A stretch of 63,514 bases of DNA, filler included, from Craspedostauros australis (Eukaryota), in NCBI GenBank assembly GCA_030167865.1. It is 21 parts of 21 records of this genome, joined end to end, with 100 filler letters (N's around TTAATTAATTAA, not from the genome) between each part and the next. Parts side by side here need not be neighbours in the genome. Positions count along the whole stretch, not along the records: positions 36,040 to 38,852 come from JALAGF010001210.1; positions 38,953 to 41,462 come from JALAGF010001211.1; positions 41,563 to 44,382 come from JALAGF010001212.1; positions 44,483 to 47,198 come from JALAGF010001214.1; positions 47,299 to 49,139 come from JALAGF010001215.1; 16 more parts are not named here. One strand, given 5' to 3'. The notes beneath the pieces are model-generated. The model was not told where the DNA came from and ran no database searches. It saw only the letters and a program-made list of their open reading frames with translations. Below are positions 36,130 to 47,961 of this stretch, piece by piece (positions within the stretch are counted from its first letter, which is position 1; the number at the start of each line of letters is the position of its first letter). The position numbers and the translations under genes are program-made.

Positions 36130-38757
36130 TCAGCTTTTGTCTGTCTTGCTTCTCTTGCGGCCTCGAGTTGATCCATCTCCTGCCGATTTTCTTTTTTGGT
36201 CCAGCTCCCCGCCCCTTCCCCGGAATGCCTCGAGGCCGTCCAGATAATCCCGCAACCAAGGACACTTGCTCTTTATCCAAGCGGCTATATCCTCCGCATC
36301 CTCCAAAGACTGAGGGTTGGTGATACGGTTCGCTTTCTCGTTGGTCTTCCGACTTCGCCGGCGACAATCATCGAGCTTGTTCATCGATTCACCCAGCAGT
36401 GGACTCTTATCGGTGGGAAAGCCTACGTAGAAAGATGTTCCGTCGGCCGCCTCTCCGGAGTACTTTTTCTTCAGATAGAGTTTGTCTTCCCTGCTTGCAA
36501 CGCAGTACAGTCGATTCGAGCCAAATGTGATGCTAAGGAGGCTGTCGTAGACCCTGTCTCTGTTCTTGCGGATGTTCTCGTATTTGATTGTGCTGGAATC
36601 AAAATAATCTTTGGCTTGGATGCAGACCGTGAAGAATCCCACTTCCCATCTCGAGGAATTACTTGCGCTGTTTGTGGTCTTCTTCACGCCAGCAGTGGAA
36701 ACGTATCCATCCGCGAGGTTGCTCGATCCCTCCGCCACAGTTGTGAGTGATGGACAGAAATTCTGTTTGGTTGGATTGAATTGGGGCGCTTCTGTCTTTC
36801 TGATCGTTTTCTCAAGATGACCGCATGCCTCCCTCATCTTGAAAAGCCCATCTGTTAGGACAATGTCCATGTCGAACGATGGAACCAAGGTCTCAAACTT
36901 GGAAGCATCGAAACCCTTGGCTTTCTCCCATTTCGAGATCAGTTTACGACGCCTGCTGCCAAAGTCTGGATCGACTTGCTTTGTTTTCAACTTGTCCCAA
37001 CGGTTCTTCCGCATGCGAGTCTTCTGGGCTTCGAGTCGTTTGTTTACTTCCTTGTTCATCCACTTGTTGACCTGAGCTTCGGTCATGGATTCAAAGTTTT
37101 TGGGCTTTGTTGGTATGGTCGGTTCGTTGACGTTCATTTCAGACTGCTGATAGTACATTCCATCCATCGCGAGCTCAGACTCATCAGAAACAGGAATCAC
37201 ACTTTTCAGCGCGTCCCATGCCATTGTCACGTGGTCTATCTTGTCACCAAGGACTCCGTCGGACAACTTGAGCTTCAATCCGAGGGTATCCTTGAAGATG
37301 GATTGGATGCATTTCCTGTGCTTGAATGAGACGGTCTTGGCTGCAGTGATGGCAGCACCAATGATCTGCGTTGACAACGCCTCGTAGGCAAACGGCGTTG
37401 TTCCAAGAAAGCCAACACCACCTTTCAGCCTGATTCCGCCCTCCAAAAGCCACACACAGAACAGTTGAATTGCCTCATCCACTATGTATGGCTTCTCCAG
37501 TTCCTCTTGATCCTTGAACTCTGGATCGACTTTGTTCTTGCCGTCGTCACCCACAATAATGTTGTCGAAGATCTTGAAAGGCACGGGTGTCACCAGTCCG
37601 TACTCCGTGACGAGATCTTGCATGATGTTGATGTCGTTGTCTCCGAACTTCTCGAAGTTGATTCCATAGTCGAGTGCCATCGCGTGTTTCCTTGCTAGGT
37701 CGATGTCCAAGGGCACTTTGAATGTTGTTTGATACAGAAGAATGGCAAGCGTCCGTGCCACTGCCAGAGCTCGTTTGCTGCCAAGTTCGTCAAAATTGCT
37801 TGGTTCCCACAGTTCTGACATGCCATTGCTTCTCGCGAATTTATCAAACACCAAAGACACCAACTCCATCTCATCATTCGGCTTGCCGAACTTCAACACC
37901 GACTCTGCCAGCTGGTTGACCAAGATCGAGGCCATCCTTGCATTGTGTGATACAATGACGCTCAGGAATGGCGTCTCCATTATCTCCTTGTAGGAGGGGA
38001 GCTTGTGCCTTTTCCAGGTTCCTTTGTGGTATTCCTTGCGGAGGGCTTCGTACACTTCCTTGGGATCCTTTTGGGCGCTGGGGATAAGACAGACGAAATT
38101 GTTGCTTTGAGAACCGACAGTCCCACCGTACATCCCAGTACCTGCAATAGAGAAGACCACCTCGATGGCTGACAGGGTGTCGAATACTGGGAGCTCGCCA
38201 TCACCCGGGCTGGCTTCTGCCTTCTTGCTTCCAATGGCCTTGTTCATGATGTAGTGACCGAGGTCTCTTCCAAGGTGTCTATAGTTTCTGATGATCTCTT
38301 TCGCGAAATTGGGACACTTCCGTGCTTCATCGATGGCAAGCACTATNCGAATCATGTTGTCCTTCACCTTCGGGTGTGCATCGTCTCCAGTCGAGTCGCT
38401 CATGCGTTCCTTCTTCTTCTTCTTCTTCTTCTTCTTGAGTGTATCCAACCGCTGCCGCACCGTGTTTACGATCGTTGATAGCACCACACCGTCACGTGTG
38501 AAGAAAGCATTCACCCATTCCTTCAAGTAAGCTCGGCACTGCTCCGTTCGAGCATCGTTTGGATCCGCCGCCGCTATGTCACCGTCTGCTTCATGCATCA
38601 GAGTGATGACAGCATGTCTTGACTCTGAGCTTGTTGCCAGCTCGACTGTCTTTCCTGTACCGCTGCCGGAGAAGAAGACACGGACTACGCTGGTGTGTGC
38701 AGCTTTGTCATTTTGGGTGACATGAACTCTTGGGGGGATTCTAGATTCGCTGCCCAT
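36130..38757 (-). CDS. P-loop NTPase plus restriction-endonuclease-fold protein (Crinkler/RHS-like), 875 aa
   Basis: Walker A SGSGTGKT, Walker B VLAIDEA, C-terminal ADG...VCIQAKDY (D...QxK nuclease-like motif) and an NLS-like RGRKRSK. The N-terminus may be incomplete. Confidence 0.65.
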   Translation of the reverse strand: MGSESRIPPRVHVTQNDKAAHTSVVRVFFSGSGTGKTVELATSSESRHAVITLMHEADGDIAAADPNDARTEQCRAYLKEWVNAFFTRDGVVLSTIVNTVRQRLDTLKKKKKKKKKERMSDSTGDDAHPKVKDNMIXIVLAIDEARKCPNFAKEIIRNYRHLGRDLGHYIMNKAIGSKKAEASPGDGELPVFDTLSAIEVVFSIAGTGMYGGTVGSQSNNFVCLIPSAQKDPKEVYEALRKEYHKGTWKRHKLPSYKEIMETPFLSVIVSHNARMASILVNQLAESVLKFGKPNDEMELVSLVFDKFARSNGMSELWEPSNFDELGSKRALAVARTLAILLYQTTFKVPLDIDLARKHAMALDYGINFEKFGDNDINIMQDLVTEYGLVTPVPFKIFDNIIVGDDGKNKVDPEFKDQEELEKPYIVDEAIQLFCVWLLEGGIRLKGGVGFLGTTPFAYEALSTQIIGAAITAAKTVSFKHRKCIQSIFKDTLGLKLKLSDGVLGDKIDHVTMAWDALKSVIPVSDESELAMDGMYYQQSEMNVNEPTIPTKPKNFESMTEAQVNKWMNKEVNKRLEAQKTRMRKNRWDKLKTKQVDPDFGSRRRKLISKWEKAKGFDASKFETLVPSFDMDIVLTDGLFKMREACGHLEKTIRKTEAPQFNPTKQNFCPSLTTVAEGSSNLADGYVSTAGVKKTTNSASNSSRWEVGFFTVCIQAKDYFDSSTIKYENIRKNRDRVYDSLLSITFGSNRLYCVASREDKLYLKKKYSGEAADGTSFYVGFPTDKSPLLGESMNKLDDCRRRSRKTNEKANRITNPQSLEDAEDIAAWIKSKCPWLRDYLDGLEAFRGRGGELDQKRKSAGDGSTRGRKRSKTDKS

Positions 38758-38952
38758 GTGTCGAAACTTGCAATCGCCGATGTAATATACTCTTCTCCTC
38801 CCACCACACTGTATGCTCCGAAGAGAATGCTTTGTGTGTTCGGTTCGAGCGTNNNNNNNNNNNNNNNNNNNNNNNNNNNNNNNNNNNNNNNNNNNNTTAA
38901 TTAATTAANNNNNNNNNNNNNNNNNNNNNNNNNNNNNNNNNNNNNNNNNNNN

Positions 38953-40522
38953 CCTAGCAAGGAAACACGCGATGGCACTCGACTATGGAATCAACTTCGA
39001 GAAGTTCGGAGACAACGACATCAACATCATGCAAGATCTCGTCACGGAGTACGGACTGGTGACACCCGTGCCTTTCAAGATCTTCGACAACATTATTGTG
39101 GGTGACGACGGCAAGAACAAAGTCGATCCAGAGTTCAAGGATCAAGAGGAACTGGAGAAGCCATACATAGTGGATGAGGCAATTCAACTGTTCTGTGTGT
39201 GGCTTTTGGAGGGCGGAATCAGGCTGAAAGGTGGTGTTGGCTTTCTTGGAACAACGCCGTTTGCCTACGAGGCGTTGTCAACGCAGATCATTGGTGCTGC
39301 CATCACTGCAGCCAAGACCGTCTCATTCAAGCACAGGAAATGCATCCAATCCATCTTCAAGGATACCCTCGGATTGAAGCTCAAGTTGTCCGACGGAGTC
39401 CTTGGTGACAAGATAGACCACGTGACAATGGCATGGGACGCGCTGAAAAGTGTGATTCCTGTTTCTGATGAGTCTGAGCTCGCGATGGATGGAATGTACT
39501 ATCAGCAGTCTGAAATGAACGTCAACGAACCGACCATACCAACAAAGCCCAAAAACTTTGAATCCATGACCGAAGCTCAGGTCAACAAGTGGATGAACAA
39601 GGAAGTAAACAAACGACTCGAAGCCCAGAAGACTCGCATGCGGAAGAACCGTTGGGACAAGTTGAAAACAAAGCAAGTCGATCCAGACTTTGGCAGCAGG
39701 CGTCGTAAACTGATCTCGAAATGGGAGAAAGCCAAGGGTTTCGATGCTTCCAAGTTTGAGACCTTGGTTCCATCGTTCGACATGGACATTGTCCTAACAG
39801 ATGGGCTTTTCAAGATGAGGGAGGCATGCGGTCATCTTGAGAAAACGATCAGAAAGACAGAAGCGCCCCAATTCAATCCAACCAAACAGAATTTCTGTCC
39901 ATCACTCACAACTGTGGCGGAGGGATCGAGCAACCTCGCGGATGGATACGTTTCCACTGCTGGCGTGAAGAAGACCACAAACAGCGCAAGTAATTCCTCG
40001 AGATGGGAAGTGGGATTCTTCACGGTCTGCATCCAAGCCAAAGATTATTTTGATTCCAGCACAATCAAATACGAGAACATCCGCAAGAACAGAGACAGGG
40101 TCTACGACAGCCTCCTTAGCATCACATTTGGCTCGAATCGACTGTACTGCGTTGCAAGCAGGGAAGACAAACTCTATCTGAAGAAAAAGTACTCCGGAGA
40201 GGCGGCCGACGGAACATCTTTCTACGTAGGCTTTCCCACCGATAAGAGTCCACTGCTGGGTGAATCGATGAACAAGCTCGATGATTGTCGCCGGCGAAGT
40301 CGGAAGACCAACGAGAAAGCGAACCGTATCACCAACCCTCAGTCTTTGGAGGATGCGGAGGATATAGCCGCTTGGATAAAGAGCAAGTGTCCTTGGTTGC
40401 GGGATTATCTGGACGGCCTCGAGGCATTCCGGGGAAGGGGCGGGGAGCTGGACCAAAAAAGAAAATCGGCAGGAGATGGATCAACTCGAGGCCGCAAGAG
40501 AAGCAAGACAGACAAAAGCTGA
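38953..40522 (+). CDS. Identical partial second copy of the NTPase-nuclease gene
   Basis: 38953-40612 is the reverse complement of 36040-37699 and the translations are identical. Confidence 0.85.
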
Positions 40523-40661
40523 GGAGAAGCATGATGCAGAACCGAATGGGAATGTGTGAAGGCGTGATGACCGACCATATACACATACATACTAGTACCT
40601 ACATACATACATACTAGTACCTACATACATACATCCATACGTGCATGCCTTCGTCACCATA

Positions 40662-41462
40662 TCCATGGTGAGTTTTTTCCTTCCTTTGAAGGAAGCTTTC
40701 CTAGTGCACCTTCCTTCAAAGGAAGATCGGAGGGGTCAGAGGGCCCCAATTCTTCCTTCAAAGGCAGGCCTGCCTTTAAAGGCAGAATTCCGGCCCCTCA
40801 GAGGGGGTCAAAATCACAAAAAAACAGACCCCAACGCAAACATGACACCCCACTGCGTGGAAACAACACGGTTTTTGCGTTACGCGATACATACGGACGT
40901 TGCAACCGCAAATTTACTTCTGGTTCCTGTGCTTTACAGACTAGTGCCAAAATTGCAGCGCACTCATGCAGCACTTGATGTGAGCACGAATAATACACCA
41001 ATGCCTCTCCTTCGACACTAGCTGGTCTATACGTCTCCTATGCATGTGGAAGATCGATAATGGTAATAGGAATGCATATATTTCTACTATGTTACTTTAG
41101 TACAGTTGCCTTCATGGTTGCTTTGCTACGTCTACGTGCAAGTCGACGTTCAGACTGACAGATGCGGGAGGACGTCCCTCCTCCACGTGTAGATGAGGTG
41201 GTTCCGATTCCTCTCCTCTGGTTGTGCTCGGCGTCGACCTCGGTCGTGTTTTGATCGATTTCAAGCAGCATGAGACGTCTTCCACATGTTACACTCGATT
41301 TCAAACAAATTTCATCGAGGCGTTGGAAAAAACTGCGAAATCACTCCATTATGTAAAAATAGTCGTTTTGATGTCTGCAACGACAGTTCGTGGTATCCAG
41401 GTTCTGGGTTGGACAGTTGTGTCGGTTTCTGCGGCAATGAAAGTCATCGGTTTTGGATGGCC
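40662..41462 (-). mobile_element. TA-flanked TIR-element terminus with subterminal palindromes, followed by the repeat shared with 3305-3803
   Basis: TA-TCCATGGTGAGTTTTTT resembles TA-TCCCTAATGAGTTTTTT at 22350. Four CTTCCTTTGAAGGAAG-type palindromes lie at 40680-40785. 40965-41462 matches 3305-3803. Confidence 0.6.
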
Positions 41463-41576
41463 NNNNNNNNNNNNNNNNNNNNNNNNNNNNNNNNNNNNNN
41501 NNNNNNTTAATTAATTAANNNNNNNNNNNNNNNNNNNNNNNNNNNNNNNNNNNNNNNNNNNNGGGGGGGGGCTACC

Positions 41577-43466
41577 ATGATTGCAAACCAGATGACTATT
41601 CTGTGGGCAGCGGCAACCAACTACATGGGGTGCCAATACATGGCAGAGAAACCCCCACCGGAAGTGGACTCGGGAGCCGATGCGATGACGGTTGACAGTG
41701 ACGATGACAGCTATGATCTCGTAGCTTTGGTGTCAAAGAAACCGCTTAAACAGGCGAATCTGACAGCATACACCACAAATACGAAGATCAATTCGCCAGC
41801 GCCACAAGACAAGGACGGAAACCCAAGCGTAGCAAGAGTGCCAATAGCCAGCGACGGAAACTCCAACAGCAACGAGACTACAGATGACGGATGGACCAAA
41901 CACCAGAAGAAGAAACCTCAGATGTCTAACCCAAAGCGCCGGTACTATGAGAGACTCGAAATGCGCCTCAAAATCCCCAAAGGCACCAAAACGCCAGTGA
42001 GGGATTTCCAGGAACGCTTTCGGCAATGGTACGACGAAGCCAAAGGCATGGATCAGAGCCTGACAATAAGCCCATGGTACAGGAAGAACAAGACCAAGGG
42101 TTGCATCATCACCGACGCAGACATTCCTGCTATGTGGAAGGATCTCCGATATTACATCGGCAGAGCCAACCCAACGTCGAAGAGTGAGGACGTATACTTG
42201 CAGGTACTGATGTCCTCAAACATTGACATGCAGGCATTCACAAGCTGGAACACGGAGCTCGAGGGCGCATACCAAAAAGGTGAGTATGCCTACATCCAGG
42301 ACTTGCGAGACGCAGAGCATATGACAGAGATAGGCTTCATGGCCTACTCTGGCAACTTCACAAAGGCGAAGCAAACGTTAGCAGTCATCAACCAGCTGCT
42401 GGAAGAGAAGAGAGCCAAACTCAAAGTCGGCGGCAGGGTAAAATTCATGGGGAAGGTATCCGAGGAAGTGAAGACAAATCATTTGCAGAATGGAGGAAGC
42501 TGGTACAATGCTCCATGGATGGCACTTCATCTACATGCGGATGTAAAAGACGCGCGCAGGGCATCAAAGCTCCTGGGTAAAATCTTCAACACCAAGGATG
42601 GCGACCGCAAAGGCCTCAACTACAGATATGTGCCCAAACCAGGTACGTCTGTCATGGGAGCGAAGATGGCGATGAAAGTTCAGGCCATGATCCGGAAACA
42701 TCAGAGCTACGTGCGCAGACTGAAGTACGAACAGCTCAAAGGCGACTTCGCGTTAGACACCAAAGATCCAGAATCGGGCACCGTCACTCTTCGGGAGTTC
42801 CTGGCGCAGCAAACTAGCGACGGCAATCCTCTCATCCATGATGTCAGCACAACGCACATGGCAGATGGTAAGGAAGACGCGATCCATATTGTGGCTTTCG
42901 AGGAGCGACACGCGCAAGCGGTAGGGCTCATCCACACAATCGCAATTAGCTGTTCAACGGAAATCAACGCATCCACGAACAAGGGGTTCTCCGACGACAT
43001 TGTGGCAATGAGTTGCGCCATGATAAAGGACGACAGCGGGGAATACGTGGATGTAGAGACTGAAGAAGAAATGGACTTCCTTTTGGACGAAGGTTTTGGA
43101 AATGTTGTCATCGAAGGCATCGACCTCATGGAGAGCGAGAGCGCATGCCCGAAGCGAAAGAAGGCTAGACTGGAGGACGAGGGTTTCAAAACTTTCGGGA
43201 CAGAATACGGCAAGCCAGCAGCTTCGTCACGATACACCATACCGAAATCTCAGACAGAGGCAGATGAAATCGAAGCGGAAATCGAAGAAGCCATGAAGAT
43301 GGCAAGAGAAGCACAAGAGTTGGCGGCGAGTCGAGTCAGAGTGCAAGAGCAATCGAGCATGATCACCAACCAAGAAGCAATCATAGCGGCACTGCGCGCC
43401 CAACTGGAAGCGTCCACGGCCACGCCACCTGCCTCAAGCAAGGGTAGGGGCGAGGATCAAGAATAA
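41577..43466 (+). mobile_element. Non-LTR retrotransposon ORF1 (629 aa)
   Basis: Long intact ORF with a C-terminal coiled coil, directly upstream of an APE-endonuclease ORF. Assigned by position. Confidence 0.8.
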
Positions 43467-44382
43467 AGAGAGGCTGGGGGCAGGAGAAGCATCACCAACC
43501 ACCCCCGCAAGCCTAACAGATGCAACCCCGGAGGAAGGGCGCCAGGAAGGGCACAACCTCCACGATCGGCACTGGGGCGACTCCCCTCGTACAAAGAGCA
43601 GTTCGGTATTGAGAATAGTAGCTCTTAACGTGGGGTGCCTACAGGCGGAATCGAAGCATTGGAAAAACGACGATCTATGGCAATGGGTCAAGCAGAAGAA
43701 GTTTGACGTGGCCCTGCTATCAGAGATAGGAGTCAACTGGTCCAAGGTGGGCAAGATGAACTCGTGGAAGGCGAGAGCACACAAACACGTGCATACAGAA
43801 AGGCACGCTCTGGCATACAACGAAAGAGAGAAGCTTGGTGGAATTCGACAGTGGGGAGGCACGGCATGCGCAATAATCGGAAACGTCGCAGGCAGATACA
43901 AGAGTCTGGCCAACGATCCCCGCAAGCTGGGAAGGTGGACAAGCATGGCCATAAGAGGCAGACAGGACACCACAGTGAGACTTGTGAGCATTTATGTCCC
44001 CAACAAGGGTGGTCAGAGCGCCGGCACAGTCTATAATCAACAGGCATCGTGGTTGGAGTCCCAAGGCATCGACACAGCTCCCATTGAGCTATTGATCCAG
44101 GATCTGGAAACAGCCATCCAGGAATGGAGGCAAGATGGGGAGGCAGTCATTGTCGGAGGAGATATAAACATGCTGGTGGTTCGCTCCCAAATGGCGACCA
44201 TGATGGGCCGACAGCACATGAAGGAGGCGATTCTCAGTCGACACCCGCAAGCCCCAGGAATATCAACAAATGTGAGGGCAAACTCGGACAGGGTGATCGA
44301 CGGCATATGGGTGCCAGCATCGGTGCAAGTCATACGAGCGGGATACAGCGAGTTTGGAATGTGGGACCACAGAACGGCGTGG
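43387..44382 (+). mobile_element. Non-LTR retrotransposon ORF2 N-terminus (apurinic-type endonuclease), 3' truncated
   Basis: WGD...RIVALNV, LLSEIGVNW, GRWTSM, VSIYVP, VGGDIN, IDGIW and DHR are EEP endonuclease motifs. The frame opens after a TAG at 43384-43386. Confidence 0.92.
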
Positions 44383-44482
44383 NNNNNNNNNNNNNNNNNN
44401 NNNNNNNNNNNNNNNNNNNNNNNNNNTTAATTAATTAANNNNNNNNNNNNNNNNNNNNNNNNNNNNNNNNNNNNNNNNNNNN

Positions 44483-44908
44483 CAGGAATCGATCTGCAAG
44501 TACATGACGCGTGCCGTCGCATACTACAACGAATGGGGCTGCTCCATCAAGGTGAAGGACATCCAGAAGCGCCGATCGCAGTATCTGACGCTGGATGGCA
44601 GCATGCAGTTACAGGATGCCAACGATGGTAGAGTGGTGGATCTCGCAGGTCATCATCACAACAAGGTAACCGCTGGAACATTGATGACGGGAAGCGTTGC
44701 ACCGAAATCCATCGCTGGTCGCAGCATGAACGATCACGACACGAAGTGGACGCAGACTTCCACGAAAGGCAGCATGCATGAACAAGAAGGCGCTGGCTTG
44801 TCGCATATCTCCAGCGAACAGAGCGATGGAGTGAAAGAGGACGAGCATCAAAGCAACGACATCGACGACGATGACGACGTGTCCGTACTGACGGACTTGT
44901 CGGGCTAG
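44483..44908 (+). CDS. C-terminal fragment of a hypothetical protein
   Basis: Frame open from near the contig edge, with an acidic tail DDDDDVSVLTDLSG. It converges on the aspartoacylase gene. Confidence 0.35.
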   Translation, partial: QESICKYMTRAVAYYNEWGCSIKVKDIQKRRSQYLTLDGSMQLQDANDGRVVDLAGHHHNKVTAGTLMTGSVAPKSIAGRSMNDHDTKWTQTSTKGSMHEQEGAGLSHISSEQSDGVKEDEHQSNDIDDDDDVSVLTDLSG

Positions 44909-45191
44909 AGAGAGGGTCGAGGGTTGCAATTGTATTCCGACAAACCAATAGAGAGCGCAACCATAGAATGGAATATGTATTACATTCGGAGATGATGATG
45001 CAAAGTGGCGTTGGTACCCTCACGGGGCACGGAAAGATGGATGGCCAATGCCTCCGGTGCCGCAAGTGTGCAAGTAAACGAAGACAGAGTACCACGGGCA
45101 ATCTTCTCGACTTTTGTGATGAAGTGTGTAATATTCTCATATAATAACATTAATGAATGTAACATCGCACACGGCGATTCACGATTCTTCT

Positions 45192-45231
<40 letters not shown>

Positions 45232-45258
45232 GGCAGGCATACGTATTATCATATCATA

Positions 45259-46569
45259 CTACAGCTCCCGCATCGATCTCGCAGCCGCACCAGCCGTCAC
45301 CAAATCTCCCATCGTTGCCCCGTGCGCCGATGCCGCATCCATCAGCATGCCCGTCACGAGATCGTACTCGGCCTGCACCGCGACGCCAATGCCGGTGCCG
45401 GAACTCTTGTAATAGTAGCCACCTTCATTGATGAACATGAGCTGCACGGGCGAGCCATGCGATCCGTTGTACGTGATGACGTTGCCCTCCATGTCGATGA
45501 AGATGGGATCACCCGTGTGGACGTGCGCGAAATCGCGGTCCTGGATGTTCTTGTGAATCATCCATTGGGGAAAGTTCGGATTGTCGTCGTCATCCGTGGG
45601 CCACACAATCTTGCCGCTCATCTCGCCTTCTCTTTGCGCCGCCGCCGATCGGAAGCACGGCACGACGATGCCACCGTAATGTCGCTTGAGCTGCTGCAGG
45701 ACGCTGTCGGCGTCGCGGTTGCGCTGTTCGAGGTAGGATAGCAGGCAGTACAGCACGCCCTCCGTCTTTTCGACCATATCGTGCCGTATGACGCCCTGCG
45801 GCACGGGCCCCACCTCGATGGTGAAACCGTGCCTGCCCGTCGAGGAGAGGTTGGGCCGCACGGAACGGTTGGGATGCGTGTGCATCAAACAGCGCACATC
45901 GTCGAAATGCTGCATGACGTACGCCGCGGCCTGCGTCATGACGGTGTCGCCCTGCGCCACGATGACCGTGACGCCCATGTTGGTCGTCGTGGTGTGCAGA
46001 TCGACGACGACGTCCGTGGCGGGATCCTCGTTGAGCGTGACGCCGTCGGCGAGGAACTTGGGTCCCAGCAGGTCGCTGAGTTGTTTGGCGCGTTTGGATT
46101 CGACCGTCGTGGCAGCATCCTTCCAGACGTCCGACGCAAACTGGCGATTGAGATCGGCCTCCACAAAGCGTTTGTTGGCCATGTGCGCGTCCGGGTTTGC
46201 CAGCAGCACGGCGATGTTGAGCGAGGGGTACTTGTCCTTGAGGCTGCCGCGGTCGAGGCTGACGAGGTTTGTGAGATGCTTGCTGTGGCTGAGGTTGTTG
46301 CCGTTGATGGAAGCCGCGGCGGCCATGGCCTTGACGACCCACACACCCGTGTACTCATTGCCGTGCGTGCCACCCACCACAACGACGTTGCGAAGAAGTG
46401 AGGCCGCGCACCGAGGCATCGTCGCTGCTGTGAGCAAGGTCATCATGAGCATTGGCATGCAAATGAAGTTGTGGACGCAGGAGTGAATGCGTGTGCTGCG
46501 GCGGGCGCTGCTGCGAATTGGAATGGAGGCACTTGAGGGGGATGAAGGAGATGAAGGAGGGGATATCAT
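45259..46569 (-). CDS. ASPA: Aspartoacylase (AstE/AspA family)
   Basis: VVGGTHGNEYTG, NKRFVEADLNRQF, DLHTTTTNMG, IEVGPVPQG and FINEGGYY. The start is at 46569 or 46458. Confidence 0.93.
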   Translation of the reverse strand: MISPPSSPSSPSSASIPIRSSARRSTRIHSCVHNFICMPMLMMTLLTAATMPRCAASLLRNVVVVGGTHGNEYTGVWVVKAMAAAASINGNNLSHSKHLTNLVSLDRGSLKDKYPSLNIAVLLANPDAHMANKRFVEADLNRQFASDVWKDAATTVESKRAKQLSDLLGPKFLADGVTLNEDPATDVVVDLHTTTTNMGVTVIVAQGDTVMTQAAAYVMQHFDDVRCLMHTHPNRSVRPNLSSTGRHGFTIEVGPVPQGVIRHDMVEKTEGVLYCLLSYLEQRNRDADSVLQQLKRHYGGIVVPCFRSAAAQREGEMSGKIVWPTDDDDNPNFPQWMIHKNIQDRDFAHVHTGDPIFIDMEGNVITYNGSHGSPVQLMFINEGGYYYKSSGTGIGVAVQAEYDLVTGMLMDAASAHGATMGDLVTAGAAARSMREL

Positions 46570-47961
46570 TCCTGGACTTGAGCCGAGCTGAATGGATGGA
46601 CGGACAGCGTCTGTACGAGCTGTTGCGGTTGCAGCTGAGAAGACGGATCGAGTGACTTGGAATGCTTCGCCAACGCAGTGCTGCGATGTTGCTATGAATG
46701 GATGGATGGATGGATGGATGGATGGATGGATGGATGGATGACCGAATGAATGAGGGAAGCAGGCACGTGAAGAGTCTGACCCGATGGAGAAGTATAATAC
46801 GTGGCGGCGTGTCTGAATGTGCCGCCGCTTCGAATACAAGAGGTGTGCCATTCATGAGAATGCAAACAGCGAAATCGTGGAGAAGGATTCTCTCTGGAGC
46901 AGAGATTGTTGAGCCGGCTTGAAGCAAACACCCTCTTCTCCGCGACGAGACTCGCGATGGTGGTCGTCGCCCATCAACAAGGAAGGAGAAAGGCACAACA
47001 GATGTTGGTGTCAAATGTGTGCCAAACACGGAAGTTCGCTCCATGTCATCTGTCGTGCCAATCATGTCGGTTCCCTTCCAAACTTCTCACAAGAGAGGAA
47101 GATCGACTGAATCGACTACAAAAGGCGAAGCGAGGATAACCGTGACTCGATCGCACCAATGTCTCGTGACTAAAAACGAATCCAGAAAACAGAAATCANN
47201 NNNNNNNNNNNNNNNNNNNNNNNNNNNNNNNNNNNNNNNNNNTTAATTAATTAANNNNNNNNNNNNNNNNNNNNNNNNNNNNNNNNNNNNNNNNNNNNCC
47301 GATTGGACTCCTTGGGGGATACGCGTACATCGTGACGTGCGATGGTTGCAATTGAGATTGTGATCATCTTGGTGCTCCCTCCGTCGCATCATCGCTGTTG
47401 GCGTCATCATCACTTTCGTGGTTGTTTCGAGTTGACGATCAGAGATCTCATTTGAACGCCTTTCTGANGNGTCCTTCTCATGAAAGAAGCTAATGAAGTA
47501 CTTCATTGACACACAGAATTCGTGGAATTGGGAACATCTCTGCACGTGCAAAAGTGGTGAAGTGAGAATCAACGATTCCCATTTGTGGTGTTCTCGTGTT
47601 CGCAACAGCGATCTTGTGGGGGCGTGTTGTGTTCTGTTCCTTCTTCTCGTTGTTGTGTGCGCCAGTTCGCAGCGAGTAAAAGGAAGGATCCGCACTCTCC
47701 GGACAGCGCTGGTGCCCTCTCCCAAACCAGGGTGCGATCAAGAAGTGGACAAACAGAGAAACGAGGAGAGAAACGGGAGAACATTGAAACGAGGCAACCG
47801 CACACACTGCTCAACCCCACAATCGAGCACATCAACAACACACATGTCATGGGTTGCTCGAACTCCACACTTCCTCGACAGTCAATCCAACCTCAACGTC
47901 CAACGTCCAACGTCCAACGTCCAACGTCTATCGTCCAGCAACCATCGACCATCCTCTCGAA

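Noticed and set aside
35135..44382. Diversity-generating retroelement acting on the ankyrin repeats
   Set aside because: The variation is not adenine-specific, there is no template/variable repeat pair, and the LINE is on an unrelated contig.
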